From Acidobacteriaceae bacterium (GTDB lineage: Bacteria > Acidobacteriota > Terriglobia > Terriglobales > Acidobacteriaceae), in the NCBI GenBank assembly GCA_003139095.1, contig PLHW01000026.1:13602-77601 (forward strand): a stretch of 64,000 bases of DNA. The letters run 5' to 3'. The translations under genes were made by a program, and so were the position numbers. Positions 10,714 through 19,201 of this stretch are shown here, one piece after another. The first letter of the stretch is position 1, and the number at the start of each line of letters is the position of its first letter. The notes beneath the pieces were generated by a model, which saw only the letters and a program-made list of their open reading frames with translations, was not told the DNA's origin and did no database searches.

Positions 10714-11732
10714 CAGCAGAGTCGAAACCCAATTCACAAAAAAAGATTTCGCAGGAAACGGGTACGCCGAAGCCGGAGCCGTCTGACGCGAGATTTGCGG
10801 AAGGCGCGCGTGCGCCATTGCTGGTAGTTGTGCTTGGCCCGACGGCGAGCGGGAAGACGGCGCTGGCGCTGGCGCTGGCTCGGCAGTTCGGGGGTGAGAT
10901 CGTCAATTGCGATTCGGTGGCGATGTACCGCGACTTCGAGATTGGCACGGCCAAGCCGACGCGGGAGGAGCGAGCGGAAGCACCGCATCACCTGCTGGAT
11001 TCGGCCGACCCTTTGGTTACCGTTACGGCTGGAGAATATGCGCGTGAGGCGCGGCAGATTCTGCGCGAAATTGCGGCGCGTAAACATCTGCCGATTGTGA
11101 GCGGGGGAACGGGGCTGTATCTGCGGGCGCTGCTGGAGGGGCTGTTTGCGGGGCCGCTCGGATCGGAGGAATTGCGCGGACGATTGCGGGAGCGAGCGGA
11201 AAGGCGCGGGACGGTGTATCTGCACCGCATTCTGCGGCGGCTCGACGCGGCGGCAGCGGAGCGCATTCACGCCAACGATGCTCCGAAGGTGATACGCGCG
11301 GTCGAAGTGTGCCTGGCGTCGCAGCGAACGATGACGGAATTGTGGCAGGAGGGGCGCGAACCGCTGACGGGCTTTCGCATTTTGCGGCTGGGATTGAACC
11401 CCGAGCGCGAGGTTTTGTATGCGCGCATTAACCGGCGGGCAAAGAAGATGTTTGAGGAAGGACTTGTGGCCGAGACGGAGGCTCTGCTGGCGAAATATGG
11501 AGCGGCAGCGCGGCCGCTGGCTTCGCTAGGATACAAACAGGCGGTACAGGTCTTGCGCGGAGAACTGGATCGCGAAGCGGCGCTGGTGGCGGCACAGCAG
11601 GCGCACCGCAATTATGCGAAGCGGCAGATGACGTGGTTCCGCCGAGAGCCGGATGTACACTGGCTCGCGGGCTTTGGGGACGATTCGGCGGTGCAGGCCG
11701 CGGCCGAGGAGAGGATTCGACTGGCTCAGTAA
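10698..11732 (+). CDS. miaA: tRNA dimethylallyltransferase MiaA
   Basis: P-loop VVLGPTASGKTALAL, then NCDSVAMYRDFEIGTAKPT and ..IVSGGTGLYLRALLEG.. The start is uncertain: TTG at 10698 is the only in-frame start before the P-loop. Confidence 0.9.
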   Translation: MERPLTAESKPNSQKKISQETGTPKPEPSDARFAEGARAPLLVVVLGPTASGKTALALALARQFGGEIVNCDSVAMYRDFEIGTAKPTREERAEAPHHLLDSADPLVTVTAGEYAREARQILREIAARKHLPIVSGGTGLYLRALLEGLFAGPLGSEELRGRLRERAERRGTVYLHRILRRLDAAAAERIHANDAPKVIRAVEVCLASQRTMTELWQEGREPLTGFRILRLGLNPEREVLYARINRRAKKMFEEGLVAETEALLAKYGAAARPLASLGYKQAVQVLRGELDREAALVAAQQAHRNYAKRQMTWFRREPDVHWLAGFGDDSAVQAAAEERIRLAQ

Positions 11733-11774
11733 GCACGCGGCCGGGTTCTTGGCGCGGCGCGATCGCACCTAAGG

Positions 11775-12005
11775 CTATTTCGACAGCAGTTCGACGCGCA
11801 GACTCACCGATAAGGCGGCAAAATCCGACTGGGCTGCGGAAAAATTTTCCGACTCTGGATCTTGTCCGAGTTGCTGGAACGTTTTGTTGAAACTGCTGAA
11901 GAACGCTTGGCACGCTCTCGGTGCTGTAGAGACTGCTCGAAATGCGCGACACTGACATGATCGCCCCTCGCAAGAAGAAGCAAATTCTGGAGTCTTAATC
12001 GGCAT
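11775..12005 (-). CDS. small hypothetical protein, frame uncertain (see finding)
   Basis: 76-aa ATG ORF preceded by AGAGGGA. A second frame starting at the ATG at 11958 (preceded by GAGGGG) reads MSVSRISSSLYSTESVPSVLQQFQQ and overlaps it. The tail ..FQQLGQDPESENFSAAQSDFAAL.. looks protein-like. Confidence 0.3.
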   Translation of the reverse strand: MPIKTPEFASSCEGRSCQCRAFRAVSTAPRACQAFFSSFNKTFQQLGQDPESENFSAAQSDFAALSVSLRVELLSK

Positions 12006-12210
12006 TTTTTCCCTCTGAACTTTAGTAGCCGTTAAGATTCAATGAGCAGTGCAAGTATGCCAATGCGCGAGGCTGAGCCAGGTTCAAACTCGATCATCGA
12101 CCCTACCTAGCCGAGGCTCGCAAGCGCACCCCCGTCAGGAAAATTAGCACACGTTAAGATGGATGGATTTCCCCGCACCTGGGTGCAGTCTGGCGCCTTG
12201 CGCGCAGTTT

Positions 12211-12227
12211 TTGGTATGGCAATTGCT
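12211..12227 (+). promoter_or_regulatory. candidate sigma-54 (-24/-12) promoter
   Basis: TTGGTATGGCAATTGCT matches TGGCACG-N4-TTGCW at TGG.A.G....TTGCT with exact GG-N10-GC spacing. It lies about 100 nt upstream of the ATG at 12331. Confidence 0.45.
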
Positions 12228-12330
12228 TAAATGTACTCCAAGGTCCAGTGGGCCCGTACTCCAATTTCCGGCGACCCCGCCCTGGGAAGCGCGCTGGCGA
12301 TTCTGACGTTGCCTGCAAAGGAGGACTGCC

Positions 12331-12615
12331 ATGCGCGTTCACGCCAATCAAACCAATCCAAATGCCCAGTTGGATGCTCTTTATGCTGCAGCCCGGGCCG
12401 AGGCCAATCGCGAGGCCGCGCGTACCAGAAAAAAGCTCTCGGAGTTTGCCTCAAAACTGGCCGCCGCGCTCGATGGTGGGGACGGCGCGGTCGTAAGACT
12501 GGGGCCGCAGGGAGAATCTCAGGAACAGGCGAAGCGCCAGAATCAACAGGGCCAGAAGCGAGAAGACGGGGCCGATTCAAAAGCCGTGCACAACTCCATT
12601 TCCGGCTGGGCATAA
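12331..12615 (+). CDS. small hypothetical protein (94 aa), charged and Ala/Gln-rich
   Basis: ATG preceded by a strong SD, AAGGAGGA (12317-12324). MRVHANQTNPNAQLDALYAAARAEANREAARTRKKL... No family recognised. Confidence 0.55.
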   Translation: MRVHANQTNPNAQLDALYAAARAEANREAARTRKKLSEFASKLAAALDGGDGAVVRLGPQGESQEQAKRQNQQGQKREDGADSKAVHNSISGWA

Positions 12616-12802
12616 TTGATGTCCGTCCGATAGCCGCGAGAGAACATTCGGCACCAACGGGCTGTTGGACTCTGGCAAATCGCACCTCATACAATGGGGA
12701 TGTGCCTGCTCGGGCGCAATTCCGGCGTGGAGCCTGCAGGGGAGATCTTCCATTCCATGGCGAGCTACTGATACATTGCCAGCTACGGAGAGAGGGACAA
12801 AG

Positions 12803-13330
12803 ATGAACGATCGGAGTCGCCATATTCTTATCTTCAAGGCGCGGATGTTCAAAGGGCGAAAGCTAACCGTGAGTGCGGCGGCCGTTTTCGTTGCGGCGGC
12901 TTTCCTGATGTTCGTTCTTGAAGCGGGCATGACGCCGAAGGTGCAGGCGCAGACAAAAAAGCCGGCGGCTGCGAACGAGTCGGGAAACACGACCAGCGAG
13001 GTGGCGCGCGGAAAATACCTGGTGGAAGACGTGGCGATGTGCGGGCAGTGCCACACGCCGCGCGACAGCGGAGGCAACGTCGATCGCAGTCGCTGGCTGC
13101 AAGGCGCGCCGGTGCCGTGGATGCCGTCGGAAGCGCGCACGGACTGGCCGATGATTGCGCCGCGAATTGGCGGCAATCCTCCGGCGACGGACGCGGAGAT
13201 GGTGAAGCTGCTGACGACGGGCATTTGGACCACCGGCAAGCCGCTGCGTTTCCCGATGATGCCGTTTCGCATGAGCGAGGTGGACGCGAAAGCAGTGGTC
13301 GCGTATTTAAAGTCGCTGACGCCACAGTAA
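12803..13330 (+). CDS. membrane-anchored or secreted mono-haem c-type cytochrome
   Basis: ORF trimmed to the ATG at 12803 (SD GGAGAGAGGGA). N-terminal TM/signal LTVSAAAVFVAAAFLMFVL, one CxxCH (CGQCH), and a distal Met (MMPFRM). Confidence 0.8.
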   Translation: MNDRSRHILIFKARMFKGRKLTVSAAAVFVAAAFLMFVLEAGMTPKVQAQTKKPAAANESGNTTSEVARGKYLVEDVAMCGQCHTPRDSGGNVDRSRWLQGAPVPWMPSEARTDWPMIAPRIGGNPPATDAEMVKLLTTGIWTTGKPLRFPMMPFRMSEVDAKAVVAYLKSLTPQ

Positions 13331-13368
13331 AGTGGCCGGCGGCGTTTCTGCAATCTACTCGGGACCGC

Positions 13369-13403
13369 GCGCGGGGTTTTATTCGCCCGCGCTCACTTCT
13401 TGG
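13369..13403 (+). terminator. possible terminator after the cytochrome c gene
   Basis: GCGCGGG (13369-13375) / CCCGCGC (13386-13392) with a 10-nt U-rich loop, followed by TCACTTCTTGG. Confidence 0.35.
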
Positions 13404-13508
13404 TCAGCTTACTGCGGTTCACTTCTGCGGCTGAACGTGCTGCCCTTGAGATTCTTGCCGTTGGAGCTGGGCGCGCCTACACTCGATGCTCCGATATTTG
13501 TTATCGTC

Positions 13509-13536
13509 ATTGGTTAACCTCAATTGGTTGACCTCA
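13509..13536 (+). repeat. tandem 14-bp direct repeat abutting the GH3 start
   Basis: ATTGGTTAACCTCA (13509-13522) is immediately followed by ATTGGTTGACCTCA (13523-13536), with 1 mismatch. Confidence 0.85.
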
Positions 13537-15500
13537 AGAACATGTTCCGTCCCCGCTCATTATTGCTGGCGCTTCTGATCCTGTGCGCGGCAACTACGCT
13601 GGCCAGCGATAAGTCGAAGCGACGCTACGAGCGGCCGGGTGCGATTCATCTCGACGAAAGCGGGCGCAAGTGGGCGGACAAGGCACTGCGCAAGATGTCG
13701 CCCGAAGAGAAAGTCGGGCAGCTCTTCATGATCTGGGTGAAGGTGCAGTTCATGAATGAGGCCGATCCCATCTGGATCGATCTGCGGGACAAGGTTCACA
13801 AATACCATATTGGCTCGCTGGGAATGACCGTGCCGATGGATGGGCCGGTACTTTTGAAGAGCCGGCCGTATGAAGCGGCGGAGTTGCTGAATCGGCTGCA
13901 GAAGACGTCGAAGCTGCCGCTGATTCTTGCCGCTGATTTTGAGCGCGGCGTCTCCATGCGGCTGAATGGGGCGACGGTTTTCCCGCACGCGATGGCTTTT
14001 GGCGCAACCGGCAAGACGGAGAATGCCGAGGAGTTCGGGCGCATCACGGCGCTCGAAGCGCGCGCCATCGGCGTGCAGTGGAATTTTTTTCCGGACGCGG
14101 ATGTGAATTCGAATCCGGCGAATCCGATCATCAATACACGATCGTTCGGCGGCGACCCGCAGCAGGTGAGCGATTTTGTGGCGGCATACATCAAGGGCGC
14201 GCACGAAGGCGGGATGCTGACGACGGCCAAACATTTTCCGGGACACGGGGACACGGGCACGGACTCACACCTGGGAATTGCACGACTGGCAGGCGACCGG
14301 GCACGGTTGAACGCCGTCGAATTGCCTCCATTTAAGCGTGCGATTGACGCGGGCGTGGATGCGGTGATGGTGGCGCACATTTCCGTGCCGGCGCTGGATG
14401 CGGAGCCGAGCCGAGTCGCGACGACGTCGAAGGCGATTGTGACGGGCCTGCTCAAGGAAGAGATGGGGTTTCGAGGTGTGGTCGTGACCGATGCGCTCGA
14501 CATGGCGGGATTGACGCGGCTTTACGCCAACGACGTGGGGCGGGCCGCAGTGGAGGCGTTCAAGGCAGGCAACGATTTGCTGATCATTCCCGCCGATCTC
14601 GACGCCAGTTATCGGTCGGTCCTTCGGGCGGTGGGAAGCGGCGAAATCAGCCGCGAACGGCTGGATGAGTCGGTGCGGAAGATTCTGGAGTTGAAGGCGT
14701 CGGTCGGTCTGGACAAAGGACGCCTGGTGAATCTCAGCCAGTTGGCCTCGGAGGTCGCAAAGCCGGAGAATCTCGCGGCCGGACAACGCATTGCCGACGA
14801 GGCGATCACGCTGGTGCGCGACAATGGACAGGTGCTTCCGCTCGCGGCATCGGTCGAGAAGGCTTCCGGGGACGCGGCTTCGGGTGCGTCTTTCGGAACG
14901 AAGCCGGGAACTAAGGCAGCGGCGCTTCCGTATCAGTCAGTGACAGAGCCGCGCGACCGTCTTGTTACGGTGATTTTTTCCGACGATATGCGGACCGAGT
15001 CGGGACGGGCGTTTGCGCGGGAGGTTTTGGCCCGTGTGCCGGATGCGCACGTTATTTATGTCGATCCGCGGTCGGCTGCCGGGATGAAGGCCACGGTTGC
15101 GGAGGCCGCGGCGGCGGCGGAGCGCGTGATCGCGGCGGTGTATGTAGTTCCGACGGCGGGCAAGGCGGTGCGATCCGCCGGTGGATTGAAGAACACGGTT
15201 TCCATGGACACGGCGAGCGCGGACGTGCTCAGCGCGATCCTGAACGAGGCGGCCAGCCGGACCGTGGTGGTGGCGTTGGGCAATCCGTACTCGATTGCGG
15301 ATTTTCCGGCGATTCAGAATTACATGTGCGCGTACTCGAATACGACGGTCTCAGAGACGGCGGCGGTGAAGGCGCTATTTGGACAGATCGCCATCGGCGG
15401 CCATCTGCCCGTCGCGATTCCGGGGATCGCAAACCGGGGCGAAGGCCTGGAACGGGCCGCCCAGACAGCTACAGGAGGTTCTGCTCATGTTGAGAATTAA
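13524..15500 (+). CDS. glycoside hydrolase family 3 (NagZ/beta-hexosaminidase-like), secreted
   Basis: KHFPGHGDTGTDSHL and GFRGVVVTDALDM motifs. Signal peptide LLLALLILCAATTLA. The ATG at 13542 (MFRPRS) is a likelier start than the TTG at 13524. Confidence 0.9.
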   Translation: MVDLKNMFRPRSLLLALLILCAATTLASDKSKRRYERPGAIHLDESGRKWADKALRKMSPEEKVGQLFMIWVKVQFMNEADPIWIDLRDKVHKYHIGSLGMTVPMDGPVLLKSRPYEAAELLNRLQKTSKLPLILAADFERGVSMRLNGATVFPHAMAFGATGKTENAEEFGRITALEARAIGVQWNFFPDADVNSNPANPIINTRSFGGDPQQVSDFVAAYIKGAHEGGMLTTAKHFPGHGDTGTDSHLGIARLAGDRARLNAVELPPFKRAIDAGVDAVMVAHISVPALDAEPSRVATTSKAIVTGLLKEEMGFRGVVVTDALDMAGLTRLYANDVGRAAVEAFKAGNDLLIIPADLDASYRSVLRAVGSGEISRERLDESVRKILELKASVGLDKGRLVNLSQLASEVAKPENLAAGQRIADEAITLVRDNGQVLPLAASVEKASGDAASGASFGTKPGTKAAALPYQSVTEPRDRLVTVIFSDDMRTESGRAFAREVLARVPDAHVIYVDPRSAAGMKATVAEAAAAAERVIAAVYVVPTAGKAVRSAGGLKNTVSMDTASADVLSAILNEAASRTVVVALGNPYSIADFPAIQNYMCAYSNTTVSETAAVKALFGQIAIGGHLPVAIPGIANRGEGLERAAQTATGGSAHVEN

Positions 15501-16128
15501 GAGTTTCGGAAAAAATTCGGCTGACGGTAAGGCGCTGGCTGGACGGTTGCGGGGCGCGGTGTTCGGCACGCTCTTGGGCGCGCTGTGCGTGTTGCCCGCA
15601 TGCAGCATTAATGTGGACAAGAACGGGGAGAAGGATGGGTCGAAAAACGTCGACATCAAATCTCCCGTGGGCGACCTGCATGTGAGCGAGCAGGCGGATA
15701 TTCGCGATGCGGGCCTCGAGATGTATCCGGGAGCGAAGCCGGCGCCGCAAGACAACAGCGACGACGAGAAGAGCGCCAACGTCAACCTGGCGCTGCCTGG
15801 ATTTCAGCTGAAGGTGGTGGCGGCGGAATTTCTTTCCGACGATGCGCCGGGGAAGATCACGGCGTTTTACGACAAGGACCTGCAAAAATTTGGAAAGCCG
15901 ATTCAGTGCGGGGGCGAGTACAGCAGTGGCGGGCATGTGAACTCGAATGGGAAGGATGACTTGTCGCGCCCGGTCGCATGTGACAAGAGCGGCAGCGGCG
16001 AAGGTCTCGAACTGAAAGTTGGGACCGAGGGCAATCAGCACATCGTCGCGGTCAAGCCCAACGGAAAAGGAACACGCTTTGCGCTGGTGTATGTGCGCAT
16101 GCACACCGGGAAGGACGGCACGATTTAG
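15487..16128 (+). CDS. lipoprotein, function unknown
   Basis: Trimmed to the ATG at 15487, which overlaps the GH3 stop by 14 nt. Lipobox VLPAC. The rest is hydrophilic. Confidence 0.65.
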   Translation: MLRIKSFGKNSADGKALAGRLRGAVFGTLLGALCVLPACSINVDKNGEKDGSKNVDIKSPVGDLHVSEQADIRDAGLEMYPGAKPAPQDNSDDEKSANVNLALPGFQLKVVAAEFLSDDAPGKITAFYDKDLQKFGKPIQCGGEYSSGGHVNSNGKDDLSRPVACDKSGSGEGLELKVGTEGNQHIVAVKPNGKGTRFALVYVRMHTGKDGTI

Positions 16129-16148
16129 CGCGGGCTTCCCTTCCGGAG

Positions 16149-16841
16149 TTGCCCTACAGTTTTTTCTGCGTTAGTTTCAGGTCAGTGGATCATTCCTGCG
16201 AAAAGTGCGGGGCGATAGTGGAAGACGGGCGGCCTTTCTGCCCGCAATGTCGCGCGCCCCAGATTCACGTGCAGATCGCGGCGGCTGCCGAGAGTGTGAC
16301 GGCCGTGCCCGAGGCGACGGATCATCTGGCATCCACCCGCCTTCCCGAAGCCCGCGACTTTGGCAGTACACAGGCAGTCGAATCCAGTCTTTATGATCGA
16401 GCCGTGGTGGTGCGCTCCGCTCTGAAAGCGGGCGTCCTGGGTGTGTTCATCGGAATCATTCCCTTTATTGGCATCGTGCTGACGGGGTCATGCGGGGTTT
16501 ATTTCTACCGGCGCGAGAAGGGATTTGCTCCGCCGGTGCGTATCGCGGCCCGCGTGGGAGCCGCGGCCGGCGTGGTCTCGTTTGCCATCAGCTCGGTGCT
16601 TATCGTCATCCGCATTGTCGTGCTGCATGCCCAGCAGGAGTATGTCGATACCGTCACCAAGATGGCGCGGCTGGCGGGATACAACCCCGCTGACCCCGAC
16701 ATTCAAGCCGGCATTCACAGCCTGTTCACGCCCGGGGGCCTGGTGCTGACCATTTTCTTCGGGATGATTTTTTCCCTGGCATTGGCGGCGCTGGGCGGCG
16801 CAGTTGCCGCACTGCTGCTGCGACCGCGTGGCCGTTCGTAA
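16149..16841 (+). CDS. zinc-ribbon domain membrane protein
   Basis: N-terminal CEKCGAIVEDGRPFCPQC zinc ribbon followed by 3-4 hydrophobic helices. TTG start at 16149. Confidence 0.6.
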   Translation: MPYSFFCVSFRSVDHSCEKCGAIVEDGRPFCPQCRAPQIHVQIAAAAESVTAVPEATDHLASTRLPEARDFGSTQAVESSLYDRAVVVRSALKAGVLGVFIGIIPFIGIVLTGSCGVYFYRREKGFAPPVRIAARVGAAAGVVSFAISSVLIVIRIVVLHAQQEYVDTVTKMARLAGYNPADPDIQAGIHSLFTPGGLVLTIFFGMIFSLALAALGGAVAALLLRPRGRS

Positions 16842-16941
16842 GACTTTTCGCGGGCAAAAGTTGGACCGTTGACATCGCCTCCCTAGAGCTTGCTTCATCC
16901 GCCGGAACACCGGCGGTCACCCGCCCGGCGATTGATCCTGT

Positions 16942-16970
16942 TTGACCCTCGTTTTATCGTCTCTTAAACT
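16942..16970 (+). promoter_or_regulatory. candidate sigma-70 promoter of thrS
   Basis: TTGACC (16942-16947), 17-nt spacer, TAAACT (16965-16970). The ATG is at 17001. Confidence 0.45.
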
Positions 16971-17000
16971 TGAGGATTCACTGGAATAGAAGGGTTATCT

Positions 17001-18947
17001 ATGTCTGACAGCATTCATGTGAAGTTCCCCGACGGAAGTACCAAGGAAATAGCGAAGGGCACGACTGCGCTGGACGTGGCGAAGTCGATCAGTCCGCGGT
17101 TGGCGGATGCGGCGCTGGCGGCAAAGACGAATGGAAATTTGATCGATTTGACGCGGCCGCTGGAGAAAGATACCGACCTGCGCATTCTGACCGACAAAGA
17201 TCCGGAGGCGCTGGAGGTTTACCGGCATTCATCGGCACATTTGATGGCGGCGGCCGTGCTGGAACTTTTCCCGGAGACGAAGCTCGGGCACGGGCCAGCG
17301 ACGGAGAATGGATTTTTTTACGACTTTTACCGGGAGACTCCGTTCACGCCGGAAGATCTGGAAAAGATCGAGAAGAAGATGCAGGAACTGGTGAAGCAGG
17401 ACTTGCCGTATGCGCGCGAGTTTGTGGAACGCACGGAGGGGCTGCAAAAGTTCAAAACTGAGGGCGACTTCATGAAGTGCCATTTCATCGAGCAGTTCAC
17501 GAAGCCGGATGAAAAGATTTCGATTTATAAAACCGGCAAGTTTCTGGATTTTTGCCGCGGGCCGCATCTGCCGTCGACGGGAAAGATCAAGGCGTTCAAG
17601 CTGCTGAATATTGCCGGTGCGTATTGGCTGGGGGATGAGAAGAATCCGCAGCTGCAGCGGATTTATGGGACTTCGTTTTTTTCGAAGAAGGACCTGGATG
17701 CTTACCTGAATTCGATTGAGGAAGCGAAGAAGCGCGATCACCGTGTGCTTGGCAAGCAACTGGATTTGTTTTCGATTCAGGAACTGGCTGGGCCGGGGCT
17801 CATTTTCTGGCATCCGAAGGGCGGGATCATCCGCAAAGAGATGGAAGACTGGATGCGCGAGCAGTATGTAAAGCGCGGCTATTCGCTGGTGTACACGCCG
17901 CACGTGATGCGCAAACAGTTATGGCAGACTTCGGGCCACGAGGGTTATTACGCGCAGAACATGTTTGACGCGATGGAGCTGGATGACGCCGAGTATCGGC
18001 TGAAGCCGATGAATTGCCCGGGGCACATTCTGATTTACAAGGATTCGTTGCGGTCCTATCGCGATTTGCCGGTGCGTTTGGGCGAGTTGGGAACGGTGTA
18101 CCGGTATGAGCGGTCGGGCGTGATGCATGGACTGCTGCGCGTGCGCGGGTTTACCCAGGACGACGCGCATATTTTCTGCACTCCGGAGCAGATCGAGAAA
18201 GAAATCGCGGATTGCGTGGAGTTCGGGCGCGACGTGCTGCGGGATTTCGGCTTCGACAAATTTCAAACCGAGCTTTCGACGTGGGATCCGAGCGATCGCA
18301 AGAACTTCGTCGGCAGTGAAGAGCAGTGGAACCATGCGACGCATTCGCTGGAAAAAGTTCTGAAGGAATTGAACATCGAGTACAAGGTAATTCCGGGCGA
18401 GGCGGCGTTTTATGGGCCGAAGATCGACATCAAGCTGGTGGATGCGATCGGGCGGCTGTGGCAGCTTTCGACGGTGCAGTTCGACTTCAACCTGCCGCAG
18501 CGGTTCGATCTTGAATACGTCGCCGAGGATGGGACGCGCAAGCAGCCGGTGATGGTGCATCGCGCGCTGTATGGCTCGGTGGAACGATTTTTCGGCGTGC
18601 TGATCGAGCATTATGCCGGCGCTTTTCCGGTGTGGCTGTCGCCGGTGCAGGCGGTGATGATTCCGATCGCGGAGCGCCACGTAGAATACGCGGAGAAAGT
18701 CGCAGCGCAATTGCGGGCGATTGGTGTCCGCGTGGAAGTCGACGCGCGCAACGAGAAGATGAACGCCAAGATCCGCGAACACGCCATGCAGAAGGTGCCG
18801 TTCCTGCTCGTCGTCGGCGACAAAGAGGCCGAGGCCGGCAAAGTGAATGTGCGGACTCGGGGGAAAGAGAAGACCGAGGATATGGGGGCAGCGGAGTTTG
18901 TGGAGCAAATCCGGACGGTGATTGCGGAAAAGCGCGCGCAGCTGTGA
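17001..18947 (+). CDS. thrS: threonyl-tRNA synthetase
   Basis: 648 aa. TGS N-terminus, editing-domain HSSAH, class II core (..FWHPKG.., ..MNCPGH.., ..RVRGFTQDDAHIF.., ..FYGPKID..) and an anticodon-binding C-terminus. Confidence 0.97.
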   Translation: MSDSIHVKFPDGSTKEIAKGTTALDVAKSISPRLADAALAAKTNGNLIDLTRPLEKDTDLRILTDKDPEALEVYRHSSAHLMAAAVLELFPETKLGHGPATENGFFYDFYRETPFTPEDLEKIEKKMQELVKQDLPYAREFVERTEGLQKFKTEGDFMKCHFIEQFTKPDEKISIYKTGKFLDFCRGPHLPSTGKIKAFKLLNIAGAYWLGDEKNPQLQRIYGTSFFSKKDLDAYLNSIEEAKKRDHRVLGKQLDLFSIQELAGPGLIFWHPKGGIIRKEMEDWMREQYVKRGYSLVYTPHVMRKQLWQTSGHEGYYAQNMFDAMELDDAEYRLKPMNCPGHILIYKDSLRSYRDLPVRLGELGTVYRYERSGVMHGLLRVRGFTQDDAHIFCTPEQIEKEIADCVEFGRDVLRDFGFDKFQTELSTWDPSDRKNFVGSEEQWNHATHSLEKVLKELNIEYKVIPGEAAFYGPKIDIKLVDAIGRLWQLSTVQFDFNLPQRFDLEYVAEDGTRKQPVMVHRALYGSVERFFGVLIEHYAGAFPVWLSPVQAVMIPIAERHVEYAEKVAAQLRAIGVRVEVDARNEKMNAKIREHAMQKVPFLLVVGDKEAEAGKVNVRTRGKEKTEDMGAAEFVEQIRTVIAEKRAQL

Positions 18948-19079
18948 CGATGAGATCGGCTGCCTCGGCTCGAACCGGAAATCTCACCGCCAAGCAGCGC
19001 TTCTGAGTCGAGGTCGTGCCGCTGGCCAAATTCGTGAACGCAAAATGAGGATGGAAAGAACGGGGCAAGCAACCCTTCC

Positions 19080-19109
19080 TTGAGGGTGGACAAACCCCTG
19101 TGGTAGCAT
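19080..19109 (+). promoter_or_regulatory. candidate sigma-70 promoter
   Basis: TTGAGG (19080-19085), 18-nt spacer, TAGCAT (19104-19109), upstream of the EF-G-like gene. Confidence 0.3.
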
Positions 19110-19201
19110 CGGGAGTTTCGCAGGCGACGTTGGGCTGGCATGCACCCTGTCCTCATTTCTTCCGGGCCTATCTTCCCGAAAGCCTGCCGAAGGAGACCAC
19201 T

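Noticed and set aside
11896-11912. TTGGCACGCTCTCGGTGCT, which looks like a sigma-54 -24 box. Similar look-alikes occur at 42465-42481 (GGGTTCCGAAAATTGCA), 42886-42900 (TGGCAAAACGCGGCG) and 4210-4226.
   Set aside because: The GG-to-GC spacing is off by 1-2 nt or the -12 TTGC is missing, and several lie inside coding sequence.
16899-16916. 7-bp-stem hairpin CCGCCGG-AACA-CCGGCGG upstream of thrS, considered as a T-box or attenuator, or as a terminator
   Set aside because: There is no U-tract, no specifier or T-box sequence, and it lies upstream of the candidate thrS promoter. Too little evidence for a regulatory call.
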